From the NCBI RefSeq assembly GCF_009914755.1, contig NC_060927.1: DNA of 64,000 nt; one strand, 5' to 3'. How positions within the stretch are numbered: position 1 is the stretch's first letter; each line of letters opens with the position of its first letter. The translations under genes and the position numbers were made by a program. Origin of the DNA: the human T2T-CHM13v2.0 reference genome, Homo sapiens. This document shows, piece after piece, positions 1-16,720 of the stretch. Below the pieces are notes generated by a model, which ran no database searches, was not told the DNA's origin, and saw only the letters and a program-made list of their open reading frames with translations.

Positions 1-941
1 GATAAAGAGAAAAGAATAAAAACTTAGCACTACAGAAACTTACTAGATTACAAAGATAAAAAACAAGAGAGGGAGAAGGGAACAAAGGATCTGTGAAACA
101 ACCAGAATACAGTTAATAAAATGGCAGTAATAATTCTTTACCTATCAATAATTACGATGAATGTAAATGGATTAAATTCTCCAACCAAAAGACATAGAGT
201 GGCTAAATTGATTAAAAAAACAAGGTCCAACTATATGCTACCCACAAGAAACCCACTTTAGCCTTAAGGACACACATAGGCTGAAAGTAAAGGAATGGAA
301 GAAGATATTGCATGCAAATGGCAACCAAAAAAAAGAGCAGGGCTGGCTATACTTATATCTAATAAAATAGATTTTAAGTATGAAACTGTCACAAAAGACA
401 AATAGGGTCACTATTTAATGATAAAGGGCTCAATTCATCAAGAGGACATAATGTCTGTAAATATATATGCACCCAATCTGAGAGCACCTAAGACAAATAT
501 TAATTGACATTAAGGGAGAAATAGACAGCAATACAATAATAGTAAGGGACTTTAATATCCCACTTTCAACAATGGACAGATCAAGCAGATGAAAATTAAT
601 AAGGAAATACTGTAATTGAACTGCACTTCAGAAAAAAATGGACTTAACAAATATATACAGAACTTTCCATCCAACAGCAGCAGAATATACATTCTTCTCT
701 AGTGCACGTGGAACATTCTCCAGGACGAACCATATGGTAAGCCACAAAGTAAGTCTTAACAAACTTAAGAAGATTGGAATCATATCAAGTATTATTTATG
801 ACCACAAGTATATGAAACTACGAATCAACAATAGGAAGATTTTTGGAAAAGTCAATAATATGTGGAAATTAAACAACATGCTCCTGAACAACCCAGTGGG
901 TCAAAGAAGAAATCAAGAGGAAAATATCTTAGCAATATCTT

Positions 942-1352
<411 letters not shown>

Positions 1353-2925
1353 TCATAACTGTAAATGCCTACATTAAAAAATAAGAAATATTTCAAATAA
1401 TAAGAAGAAAGATTTTAAATAAGTAGCCCAACATTACACCTCAAGGAACTAGAAAAAGAAGAACAAGTTAAACCCAAAGTTAACAGAAGGAAGGAAATAA
1501 TAAAAATCAGAACAGAAATAAATCAAATGAGGGATAGAAAAACCATAGAAAAAATTAACTGAATTGTTTATTTTTTGAAAACTTAAACAAAATTAACAAA
1601 CCCTTAGCTAGACTAAGAAAAGAGAGAAGACTCAAATATATGAAATCAGAAATGAAAGTGGAGACATTATAACAGAAGCCTCAGAAATAAAAAGCTTCAT
1701 AAGTAACTATTAAGAACAATTATATGCCAAGAAATTTTGATAACCTAGAGGAAATGGATAAATTCTTTCTAAAACCAAGGTTTTGCCAAGGTTGAATCAG
1801 GAAGAAATGCAAAGCCCGCATAGAGCAATAACAAAGAGATTGAAGTAGTAATTAAAAGCCTCCTAAAAAATAAAAGCCCAGGACCAGATGGCTTTACGGC
1901 TGAATTATACTACATTTTCAAACAAGAATTACTACCCAAACTTCTTAAACTCATCCAGAAAATAGAGCTGGAGGGAATACTTCCTAACATGTTTTCTGAA
2001 GCCAGCATCACCTTGGTACCTAAACCAAAGACACCACGGTAAAGAAAACTACACGTCAGGTCAGTATCAATATCTCTGATGAATATTGATGTAAAAAATC
2101 ATCAATAATATTTTAGCAACTCAAATTCAAGAACAAATCAAGAAGATTATACATCATGATCGAGAGAGATGTATCCCTGGCCATGTAAGACTAGCATATA
2201 CAAATTAATCAATGTGATACTTTCATTAACAGACAAAAACCACACGATCATATAAACTGATGCAGAAAAAGCATTCAACAAAGTTCAACATCCTTTCTTG
2301 ATGAAAACTCTTAACAGTTTAGGTATAGATGGAAGGTTTCTCAGCATAATAAAGTTCATTTATGAAAAACCGACAGCTGGCATCATAATCAATGAGGAGA
2401 AACTGAAAGCTTTTCTTTTAAGATCTGCTGTAAGGTAAGAATGCCCACACTTGCCACTACTATTCAACATAGTACTGGAAGTATTAGCAAGAGCAGTTAG
2501 ACAAAAAAGAAATAAAAAGCTTTCAGATGGGAACAAAAGAAGTAAAATTATCACGAATTACAGATGACATGATCCTTTATGTAGAAAACCCCAAAGACTC
2601 CACCAAAAAGCTGTTAGATCTCAATAAAGTTGCAGGATGTAAAATAAAGATACAAAAATTTCTTGTATTTCTATATACAAATAACAACCTAGATGAAAAA
2701 TTCAAGAAAATAATCTCATTTCTAATAGCATCAAAAATAAAACAAGATGAAATACTTAAGAATAAATTTTACCAAGAAAGTAAAAGACATACACTGAAAA
2801 CTATAAAACATTGATGAAACAAATTGAAGAGTACACTGAAAACTATAAAACATTGATGAAAGAAATTGAAGAGGACACAAATAGAAAGATATTTCATGCT
2901 CATGAATTGGAAGAATTAATATTGT

Positions 2926-3000
2926 TAAAATGTCTATACTATACTATACTAAAATGTCTATACTATACTATACTATACTGTACTGTACTATACTATACTA
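2926..3000. repeat. 24-bp tandem duplication plus (ATACT)n pentamer microsatellite inside L1 ORF2
   Basis: taaaatgtctatactatactatac occurs twice, followed by further atact/gtact units. Confidence 0.9.
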
Positions 3001-4189
3001 AAAAGCAATATGTATAGATCCAATGCAATCCCTATCAAAATCCCAATGGCATTCTTCACATAAATGTAAAAACCCTAAAATTTATGTGGAACCACATTAA
3101 ACCCTGAATAGCCAAAATACTACTCAGTAAAAAAAAAAAAAAAAAAAAAAGTTGGAGGCTTCACATTTCCTGTTAAAATTATATTACGAAGCATAACAAT
3201 CAAAACAACATGTTACTGGCAAAAAGCAGACACATAGACTTGTAGAATAGGATAGAGAGCCCAGAAATAAATCCAAACATATGTGGTCAACTAGTTTCTG
3301 AGAAGGGCAGCAAAAAGACACAATGGGGGAAAGAATAGTCTCATTAATAAATGGTGCTGGGAAAACTGGATTTCCATGTGCAAAAGAATGAAATTGGACC
3401 CTTATCTTATATACAAAAATCAACTCAAAATGGATGAAAGACCTAAATGTAAAACCTGAAACCATAAAACTGCTAGAAGAAAATATAGGGGGTAAACTCC
3501 TTGACGGTGACCTTGACAGTGATTTCTTGGATGTCACACCAAAAGCTCAGGCTACAAAAGCAAAAATAAGTAAATGGGACTACATCAAACTAAATAGCTT
3601 CTGCACAGCAATGGAAACAATTAACAAAAATATTGGGAAAAATATTCACAAATCATGTATCTGCTAAGGGTTAATATCCAAAATTTATAAAGAACTCATA
3701 CAACTCAATAGCAAAAAAAAAAAATGACCCAATTAGCAATGTGCAAAGGACATTAGTATACATTTCTCCAAATATGACATAAAAATGGCCCACGGATACA
3801 CAGAAAGGGGCTCAGCATCACTAATCATCAGAGAAATACAAATTAAAACTGTGCAATATCACTTCACACCTGTTAGGATAACTGTTGTCAAAAAGACAAA
3901 AAGACAAGTGTTGGTGAGGCTGTGGAGAAAAGGAAACTCTTGTATGCTGTCAGTGGGAATATAGATTGGTGTAGCCATTATGAAAAACAGTATGGAGGTT
4001 ACTAAACAAATTGAAAATAGAATGACTGTATGACCCAGAAATTGCTCTTCTGGGTATATACTCAAAGGAAATGAAATCACCACCTCAGAAAGATACCTGC
4101 AGTCACATGTTAATTGCGCCATTTTCCACAATAGCCATGATAGAGAAACAACCTAGGTGCCCATCAGTGGACTAATGGATAAAGAAACT

Positions 4190-4316
4190 GTGTGCATATA
4201 TATATGTATATAGTGTGTATGTGTGTATATATATGTACACTATATATATTTCAGATTGAAGAATACTCCATTGTGTATATACACACACATTGTACAATGT
4301 GTGTACACATATATAC
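4190..4316. repeat. Degenerate (TA)/(TG)/(CA) microsatellite expanded within L1 ORF2 3' end
   Basis: Alternating purine-pyrimidine tract replacing the usual 'tggtatatatacacaatgg' L1 motif. Confidence 0.8.
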
Positions 4317-5814
4317 AATGGAATATTATTCAACCTTAAAAAAGGAGGAGGTCTTAACATTTGCTACAACATGGACAAATGGGGAGGACATTATGCTAAG
4401 TGAAATAAGCCAAACACAGAAAGAAAAATATTTCATGATCTCACTTATGTGTGGAATCTAAAAAAACAAAAAGTGGTTAGATATATAGAGATAGAGAATA
4501 AAACATTCATTACCAGGTTCACGGTGGGAGAGAGGAAATGGGAGTTGTAGGTCAAAGAATACAAAATAGCAAATATGTAGGAAGTACAAGTTGATCTAAT
4601 GTGCAACATGAGAACTATAGTTAATAGTAGTGTATTGTATTCCGGACTTTGGTTAAGTGAGTAGATAGATTATAGCTGCTTTTGTCACTGGGAAGGGGGA
4701 TGGGTAACTACGTGAGCTGATGGATATATTAATTTGTTCCACTGTAGTCACCATTTTACTGTATATATATATTATACTTTAAATATATGCAATAACATTT
4801 ATTTTTTAAAAAAGGACAGTGGAACAGCAAACAGCAGAGCAGAGCTATCACCTACTTCTACAGAATTTTTCTGCTGTAAAGTAGGGCTTTTGCCTTGGGG
4901 AAAACTATATTGTAAACAAGAGCAGTGGAAGGGTTTAGCAGAACTACTTCTTGAGTGGAGGAAATGACTATTCTCACTGGGGGTTTTCCTGAGTTCTTAC
5001 CAAGCTCCAATCTGTCAGTCTCCACTTTGAGTAAGGTGTTGAGCTTCTAGCTGTGGGGCGATGGGAAAAAGCAAGGAAAACCCAGGCCCAGAATCAGAAT
5101 TGGTGTTTTTCATAGAGATAGGGAATTGGCTTTTGTGCAGTAAACAAAATAGGGGTCACATCTGTAGGAGAAATAAATGAAAAGAGATGGAACTTTCACA
5201 TTTTTATGTTAAAATAACCACCCCCACAGTCATCTAACTGATGAAAGCATGCCTATTGCTTTTGTTTTTTAATGTGTATCAGCTTGGCAGGTGGACACAG
5301 TGTCTTCTTCATCTTAAGATCTTAGATTAGATGTTTCTTAGTTAGGACTTGCCACATGTCATTTATTCATAAGACTGATGTATAAATAGTTTCCAAGGAA
5401 TCCTTAAGTGTGATAATTTAAAAATCAAAGCTACTTCTCAGTTGTTACACACACACACATCTGATCCAAACACACACTATCATTTCATTTGAGTAGGCAT
5501 TATAACTTGTGAATAAGGCCAGTGTTATGACTTTGAGCTTTGTGTTAACCAGTTATTTGGTGGTCACATGTTATGCTCATGACCTTGACTATTGGTCAAA
5601 TGAGAGTGGAAGAAGGGGCAGTGGGCAGAACCTTAGCTTGATCCAATAGGGAGAGCCTTGGCCTGGAGGTTGAGAAATTTAGGATCTAGTAGTTTCATTC
5701 CCAGCTGGACCATTTACATGCTCAGAGATCTGCTGCTGTGGCTTCTTTGCTCATCCGTAAAAGGATGCACTTATAACATCTAGGTGATTTCTAAGATCTC
5801 ATCCACCTCACATA

Positions 5815-6110
5815 CTATGATTCATTCAGCCAATAGTTGTTAATGGCCTCCTGTGTATCAGGCACTGTACTGTGAATATGGCCCTGAGCTGGACAGAGAG
5901 ATGCTGTCTTTCTTCTCCTAGAACTTACTGTCTAATGGGAGGGACAGATATTAAAGATGTGATGATGTAAGTAATCATTTAAATAATTTAAATCAAATTT
6001 CAATTGTGATAAGTGACATGAAAGAGAAGTACAAGGTATTATCACAGTGCTTGACAAGGAGACCTCACCTAGTTTGGGAGTTCAGGGTACCTTGGAGAAA
6101 ATCCCCAAAG
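5815..6110 (-). mobile_element. L2 LINE 3' fragment
   Basis: ttcattcagccaatagttgttaatggcctcctgtgtatcaggcactgtact...agaacttactgtctaatggga resembles the reverse L2 tail. Confidence 0.65.
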
Positions 6111-6211
6111 GTCAAGTCTGGATTGAGTGGAGCTTCTAAGAGCTCCACTCAATATCTCCAAGCACAGAGAACACATAATATCGTAATTTTCCACAAATGC
6201 AAAATTAAAAT

Positions 6212-6605
6212 TGCCTAACAGACCAGGCAAAACCAAAATGGAGTCAGTCATGCTAAATGCCACGTAATCAAACTGAAACTTTAAGGAAGCAGACAGATAC
6301 CCTGAAAGAACAGTTTTTTCCCTGAAAACAGAACATTCCAGTCTACCTGAGTCAGCATAAATAGAAAGACCCATCTGCTTTAACTATTACCGAAAAAGTA
6401 ACCTGTAGTAACCAGATGTTAACCAGTTCCTCTTTTTTCTATTGTTCTGTCTCCTTTTTCTCATCTTACAAAACCTACTGTTCTGCCATTGCCCAGTGAG
6501 AGCTCTCATTCTGTTTTGTAGAATGGAGACTAGCCTCATCCATGAATTATTAATAAGAGCCAAGTCAATCTATAACCAAATTTGTTGTAATTTTGTCTTT
6601 TGGCA
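6212..6605 (+). mobile_element. ERV1 (MER4-group) solo LTR, subfamily not determined
   Basis: aaccaaaatggagtcagtcatgctaa motif near the start, AATAAA-like signal at ~6550, terminus aaatttgttgtaattttgtcttttggca typical of MER4-group LTRs. Confidence 0.65.
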
Positions 6606-6917
6606 ACTCTAATGACACTTTATTTTTGCTTCTTCGATGATGCTTATTACTTCCTATCTTGTTAATTTTTTTCACATAAGTGTCCATTTGTTGCTTAATT
6701 TAACATTTATTCAGAACTAAGTCCAGTTGTAGGTTATGGGACTCCCACAAACTGAGAGGGGACCCTAACTCTCCAGGAAATTAGATAGGCATGTAAGCAA
6801 ATGGCTATAATATAACATGAACAGGAGCTAACCAGTTAAGAAAATGTTGTGAGCTCCATGAGGGTAGGATTGATTGTTCTGCAACCTTTATTCATTTATG
6901 TATTCTTCCAACAAATA

Positions 6918-9600
<2,683 letters not shown>

Positions 9601-9759
9601 TATTCACTGAATACCTGTTGTAATCCAGACGTCATGCTAAACAAAGGGGATAGAAAGATCCAAGTGAAACAAAAAACAAAAAAGAGCCAGGATATCACCT
9701 GTTTGATGTTCATTTACACAAACTGCTGCTTAACTACACTTGTGATGAGTGTTATTTTT

Positions 9760-11870
9760 TATTTCACTTTGTAAAATTTGCATACAGTACAATGTGTAGG
9801 TCGGAAAACTTGAAGTTTGACTTCATAAGGAGAGTTCCTTTCTGCCCTCTTTGAATTCAGCTTCCTTCTGTCCTTCACAGTAAACCATTCTTGTGATTGC
9901 TAACATCATAAATTAGTTTTATATATTCTTGAACTTTATAAAAAATAGAATAGTATAGTACGTAGTCTTTTGTGTCTGGTTTCTTTTATTGATCATAATG
10001 TCTGATATTCGTCCACAGTGTTGGATGAATTCTTTCTTCTTTTCTGATGTAAACATTGGATACTGTACATTTCTTCTAAATGGTGCTTTCACTGCATTCT
10101 CCTCTCTCTCATTTTAATATATCCTGTTTTCATTATCTTTCAGTTCAAAATGTTTTCTAATTTTCCTTGTTAATGCTCCTTTAACCTGTGGTATTAAAGT
10201 CTTCAAATATGATTGTGGATTTGTTTATCTGTTTAGTTCTGATGGATTTTTGTTCATGTATTTTGAAACTCTTTTTATTAGGTGTTACACATTTAGGATT
10301 GCTTTGTCTTCTGGTTAAGGTTATCATTTTATCTTTTAGATTTTATCTTTTATCATTAAGAAATATTCATATTAGTGTGAATATTCCTGGTTTTGCAGCA
10401 GTAGCTTTTATATGGTGTATCTTTTTTCTGTACCTTTACTTATAACCTGTCTGTAATTCTGGTCTTGTTCTTTTTTTTTTTTTTTTTTTTTTTAGTCCGA
10501 CAACCTCTGCCTTTTAGTTGAATGGTTTAGTCATTTACACTTTATGTAATTATTCATATAATTGGATTTGCCTTCTTATATACTTTCTCTCTGTTTTTGT
10601 TGTTGTTGTTGTTCATTTCTTTTCCTGTCTTCTTTTGAGTTAATTGAATGTGCTTTAGCACATCACTTAATTTCTCTATTGTCTTTAAATCTACCTTAAT
10701 TTTTGGTATTATCATTTATCTTTTATATATGTTATAAATCTCATAATGTAACATTTTTGTTTTGCTTTTGATTTTGCTTTAAATGGCTATCTTCTAAAGA
10801 AATTAATGTAAAGACAATAATATATTTACCTACATATTTACCATTTCTGACACTCTTCATTCCTTCATATAGAGTTGAGTTTCCATTTGTTATTTCTCTT
10901 CAGCTTAAAGACCCCTTTTAGCAATTTTTAATTTTTGCTTTGCAAGTCTGGTAGCAATACCACTCAGCTTTTGTTTATCTAAAAATATCTTCGTTTTAAC
11001 CTCATTTTGGAAGGATAATTTTGCTGGAAATAGAATTGTGAATTGACAGCTAATTCTTTTTCTTTTAGCATTTTAAGGATGTAATTCCATTCTCTTCTGA
11101 TCTTTAGTGTTTCTGATGATATATCCGCCAACATTTGTATCTTTGTATCTTTGTTCTCCTGTATTCAGTGAGTCATTTTTCTCTTCTGCTTTCAAGAGTT
11201 TTCTCATTATGTTTGATTTTCAGTGTACTACACAGTGTGATAAGGATGTTTCTAGATGCATATATATATCTATATATATCTATATATATAGATATCTATA
11301 TATATATATATCTGCTTGCTCTGCTTGGAGTTTGCTGACATTTTAAAATATTCTAACTATATTTGGAAATTTTTAAATAATTATTTCTTCAAAATGTTAC
11401 CTGCCCCTTTCTCTTTATATTTCCTTCTGGAACTTAAATGATATCTATGTTACATTGCTTAATATCCTCACTGTGGCTCTTTTCATTTGTTTCCAACCTG
11501 TAATTTATCTACAAGTTTATTAACTTTTTCTTCTGTACTCTCCAATCTTCCATTAAAATCATTTAGTGACTGTTTTATTTCATATATTGTATTTTTAGTT
11601 CCTGGATTTTCATTAAATCTTTTTTTTATTTTCCATTTCTTTGCTGAAATTCTCCATCTATACACTGATTATGTTTTTTTTTAAGTCTTTGAATATACTG
11701 ACAATAACAGTTTTAAATTCCTTCTCTGGTAATTTCGCCATCTGGTTCCTTTCTGTTTCTTTTGACTGCTTTTTCTTTTTAAGTCACTTTTTTTTTTTTG
11801 CCTCTTCACTTGTCTAGTAATTTCTTATAGTATGCTAGACATTGTGTTATATGTTTTACTGATTTGTATA
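9760..11870 (-). mobile_element. Ancient L1ME/L1M fragments (3' end, ORF2 and ORF1 pieces)
   Basis: T-rich plus strand with reverse-L1 motifs (gtcttttgtgtctggtttctt, ttttgctggaaatagaatt). Minus ORF 11483-11665 KNTIYEIKQSLNDFNGRLESTEEKVNKL resembles the ORF1 coiled coil. Confidence 0.8.
11260..11312. repeat. (TA)n/(TATATATATC) microsatellite
   Basis: Directly visible. Confidence 0.9.
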
Positions 11871-13439
11871 CATTTACTTATAAGATTCATCCATGTAATG
11901 TAAGTTTAAATCAATTAAATTTATACTAAGAAATAGTATAGTTTAAATCAATTAAATTTATATTAGGAAACAATTATTAAAGAGATGAAAAGGAGAGAAT
12001 GATATACTACATAGCAGGGCAGCCTCCAGTTTGATCTTGTGCATTCTAACATTATATCAGCAGTGAGAACAACATTGACTTATTCATTCCAAAAGAACTA
12101 CACAAGGCCATCTTCTAGATAAATGAAAGAGAAAAATGCATTTCTGTTATAGAATCTTGAAATGTAAACATTGTTTCTGAAAACCTTATAACTTTGACAG
12201 CTTAATTGTATTAGTACCATCCCTTTCTAAATCTATATTAATGTATTGATATTGACAAGTTTAAAGACAAAAAGTGCAACTTTACAGTAATGATAATTGA
12301 TAAGGTTTTGTTTGAACAGTCATTTTATTTTGCAATTTAGAGGGAGAAAATACCATTATTTGCTTCTTCCAAAGTTGTCTTTTATTTGCCTGTGCAAAGT
12401 TACCACGTTAGTGACCCTCTTTTTTTCTTTGCCGCTTATGTGTTTAGAAACTCTGGTCTTTTTATTCCTAATTGCATGAATAATGAACAACTTGGAAAAA
12501 CTCCTATATCTTTTCCCCATTGCCCTAATTTTTCTTGTTACAACATTTTTTTTTCTATTGTGACTATAAGTCTTAATTTGTGGGTAATGGTGGCTACAGA
12601 AGTCTGAACTGTTCATTTATAAAGTGAATTCTTTCCTACCAAAGTCCTTGGCTCTTTTATTATTCTTTTAACTTTTTTTTTTTTTTTTTCCAACTGGGCT
12701 TTCTCAGAGCCTGGGGATATTTATTTTAAATAAATAGTTGTTTCAAACACATTTGTTTTAAATAATTCATTTTAAACACAATATGTCACCAATTTCAATT
12801 TTATTAAATATTTCAATGAACAAATACTTCTGAAGTTTCGTTTTATTGTTTTTACATACACAGTGTGATTGCGGTGTTTCAGACGTCAAAAACTTTGTAA
12901 AGGGGGCATTTGGGGACACCAGAGCATTCTTGGCATATCCGAAATTATGCTAGACAAACCCTTCATGGTTCTGTTAATTATAATATTCAGAGTCCCACAG
13001 TACATTTCCATAAAACTTAGTGTTTCTTTCATTAAGATGGCTGACTGCAGAAATCATTGGCAGACCCCAGAAATTACCTCAGGATCTTTCTCCAGAAAAT
13101 TCTCTGACAGTAAAGGGGAATGCCCTTAGGTTGTTGATTATTCACTAAGAATCTTGTGATCCAGGGATTTGCCAACTACTGTTTAATTTTTAAATTAAAC
13201 CTTGAATCTGGTGGCAATCCCGAAAGTAGACAACTCACCATAAATTTTCCACTCTTATTTATGTCTGTTAATTTACCTGATAGGAATTAGAATTAATTCT
13301 TTTCTACTTTCAAGTTATTTTTTGATGTAGATTTTCATAATATACATATCTCCAAGCATATGCCTGTGGCATGGTAATCCTAATTTCTTCCAATTAAAAA
13401 TTATTTTATGACTAACAACTTTAGGATATTTCTCCTTGT

Positions 13440-13720
13440 TGGTAATAATACTAATAGGATATAGTAACAATGATAAGAGTAATAGACACCATTATTGATA
13501 ATGTATTAAGTACAGGCAGTGGCATAAGTCCTTCACAGACATTATTTCATTTATTCTTCTCCCTATAATCCTGTGGGGTAGATACTATTATCTCTGTTTT
13601 ACATATGGAGAAACTAAAGATTGAGAGGCCAAGTGATGGACCCAAGTTACAGACAACAGTGGATGGATGAATCACACCTAAGTCTTTCTGGCTTCAAAGA
13701 CCAGTAAGCCATATTGCCTC
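13440..13720 (-). mobile_element. MIR SINE
   Basis: Core 'ctattatctctgttttacatatggagaaactaaagattgagaggccaagtgatggacccaagttacag'. Confidence 0.8.
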
Positions 13721-13989
13721 AGAGGACCATAGGTTGTAACATTGACCTCATTTTTCACTGGACAAAATCTTGTGAAGAAATAAATTGAAGATGAAACTTA
13801 GGGATTATTTGAAAGATCTGTCAAGTAATTCAAAAATAAATTTTCTAGAATGGTAAATTCTGACCCAGAAATGCGTGAAACCCAAAAAAACCCCTCTAAA
13901 TTAGATATAATAACTTAGTAAAAATGATTAAACATTGCTTTATTATTATTACAGATGTATACATAAGGCGAACAGTTTGTCATTTGGCA

Positions 13990-14330
13990 ATTGGATCTAT
14001 TCTCCACATAGCACGTGTAATCTTTTAAAATACAAACATGGTTAAGCTACTTAGTTGTTGACACTTGCGTGTTGCTTACACTTAGAATAAAATATTAACT
14101 CCCAGGTCACTTGCAAAGCTCTGCACACCTGCCCAAGATTATGCAGTGGATTGGCAGCTACCTCCAATGTTTTCCCTTGGTGTCTGCTCTGCTCCTGTCT
14201 CATTCCCTTCCATTTTTGGAGCCCCCAATAGGATTCTTTTTGTCCCTTTTCTGTCTCCTCCAGCAAAATATAAGCTCTGTGAGAGTAGGCACCTGACATC
14301 TAGTAGCATGTCCACAAATGTTTGTTAGAA
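13990..14330 (+). mobile_element. L2 fragment
   Basis: gtaatcttttaaaatacaaa...cttagaataaaat...aatataagctctgtgagagtaggc...caaatgtttgttagaat. Confidence 0.65.
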
Positions 14331-15687
14331 TCTGTTACATCCATAATGGTGACACAGTTAAAAGCCACAGGTGATTGGTTATCATCAGAGTTGTGAATTG
14401 TTAGTAATTCATGAAGTTGTCATCTGTTTATTTCAATTAGAAAAAAAGCTGATTCTTTCTTTAAAAAATACTTATAGCTTAATCATAGGAGATTCAATTA
14501 TTGCCGTAAAATTCAAACACATTTTCATATACTGACAGGAGACCATTAGTGAAACAGCTGGCTTTTGTTGTTACTTATAATAAATTCATCAGTTTGCTGG
14601 TTTTCCTCATCTAGATGATATTTTTCTGCCACTTAATATGCAATTATAAATATATAACTATACAATTAATTATGAACAAGGTAATTGATTATATTTAATG
14701 GCTGTTAAATTAATACTTATAAGGTTATTACACAGATCTATGCTTATAAAGAAAACATTTTTTAAATTGGATACAAAAAATTGGAAGGGAAACATACTCA
14801 TACAACTCAAGTTGCCACTGTCAGGCAGGTGTCCACCCGTCTCCACAGTCCCATACTCAGAGCTATAGACATGGTATGTCTTTGGCAGGCAGTCTCTTAA
14901 AAAATACAGGTAGGAACTCAGAGGGAGGCATAATCGGCTTCTAAGGATGAGTGCTTCATAGCAAAAATTGTGTGTGTTGAGGTTCTGCCTGAATATTTGT
15001 GTCAATCAGAAAGTATACTTCTAACGTTATCATCTTGGAATACCTTTAAAAGCCATGAGAGTCAGTCTTTCATGGAAAATCCTAGATCTGACATTTCACT
15101 TGTTCACAGCAAAATAAAACAACAACAGCACAAACAATTGGGAACACAAAGCAAAACAAAACAGACTTTCCCATGCTGGTAGGTATTAATGGAAGGTAAA
15201 ATAATAATTTTCTTGTTTGGAGTATTTTCTTTAGTAGCCAGAGATTCTGATGTTTTACTAATCAACTGTGTGAACTTGGGCAAGTCATATGTTCTTTCAG
15301 ACTACGAGTTGGGACTAGTTTATTTTCTTTCCTGATCTAGAATTATCTGAGTCTTTAAGATTCTGATCTTTTACATGGAAAGGATAGCAACTATTTTTCT
15401 GCAGGTTGTATGCTCATTCTTTTAGGAAATCTAGCAACTTCTACAGATATAGCATTATCCTAAGGGAAATAATGTCTGAGAATAAAATTACCTATTATCT
15501 CCCTACCCCCTCAAATAAATATAAACTTTCTACTTTAAAACTGAAGCAGGTAAATTCCAAGGAAAGATTGATTGGATCATTCACACACAGATCCTGCAAA
15601 TAATTTTATTATTTTAGATGACAGGGGTTCATGTTTGTTGTGGTGTGTGTGTGTATCTGTGTGTGTGGGGGTGGGGGTGGGGGGGTT

Positions 15688-15958
15688 ACTCCTGTCACCC
15701 AGGCTGGAGTGCAGTGGTGTGATCATGGCTCACTACAGCCCGGACCTCCCAGGCTCAGGTGATCCTCCCATCTCAGCCTCCTAAATAGCTGGGACTATAG
15801 GCATATGCCACCACACCCAGGTAATTTTTACATTTGTAATAGGAGACAGGGTTTTGTCATTTTGCCCAGGCTGGTCTTGAGCTCCTGGGCTCAAGTGATC
15901 CATCCGCCTTGGCCTCCCGAAGTTCCGAAATTACAGGCATGAGCCACTGCACCCAGCC
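15688..15958 (-). mobile_element. AluJ; tail replaced by (TG)n and G-runs (15633-15686)
   Basis: Reverse Alu body (cccaggctggagtgcagtgg...gagccactgcacccagcc); flanks share gggttc. Confidence 0.92.
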
Positions 15959-16489
15959 AAGGGTTCTTTTGAATAATATAAAAGGACTTTTTTTGGGTAA
16001 TTTTAAGAACTTAACTTTCAAACCGTAATGCCTGTTTTACTCTAGACGTTAGTTTGCTGTCTAGTTGAAGATATTAATACTCAGAACCAGATTAAGCCTT
16101 TGCTTTGACTTACTTGGAAGTAATTCTGTCCTGCATATGAATGTATTCATAATCTATCCTTCTTCCTCAGAAGTTTCAGTTTCACCATGAAATGTTTTTG
16201 TGTGTGTATTTTAAAGCCTTTTGTCTTGTTCTACTTGAGATTGGCTGAAATGTAGAGGTCACTCTGATTAAGAGGAGGAAGGCTGGGCCAGAGGAAAAGG
16301 AGGAATTATAGCTTAAAGGCGATATTTTTTGAAATCCAGGTCAAGAAGAATGATGAGCCACAACACAGCTTTTGTCTGGTCAGAATGCCTCTTCGATTAC
16401 AAGGAAATAAAAGATGATTCCTTATGTCTGCCTCTGCTGTTTGCTGATTAATATTCTGGATGAGGTAGATATTCACCTTTGAGGAAATG

Positions 16490-16720
16490 TCTTCTGAAAA
16501 CAGAAAGACACAGATTTGAATCTTGGCTTTTTTTCTCACTGGTGGTGAGACTGGGTATATTTCTTACATGCCTAGTTTGTATAGTTAGGAAGAGGATACC
16601 CTCCCTACAGGGTGTCAGGCTCCCACAGGCCAGTTGATCTACATGAAGTATTAATATTTGGTATACTGTTTGGTAGAGATGATGATCCCAGTTTGGGGTA
16701 ACCTTTATTATTATTGTCGT
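16490..16720 (+). mobile_element. MIR relic
   Basis: agacacagatttgaatcttggct...actgggtatatttcttacatgcctagttt...tattattattg. Confidence 0.5.

Noticed and set aside
4851-4885. Hairpin cctacttctacag ... ctgtaaagtagg
   Set aside because: A 12-bp bulged stem is expected by chance in 64 kb.
12356-12616. Minus-strand ORF containing RSFSKL, reminiscent of the hAT dimerisation motif ERSFS
   Set aside because: Only a short word matches; spacing of other conserved residues and TIRs is not supportive. A Dfam or tBLASTn search would settle it.
13164-13221. Short inverted repeat gggatttgcca ... tggcaatccc resembling hAT TIRs
   Set aside because: Too short and imperfect; no 8-bp TSD seen.
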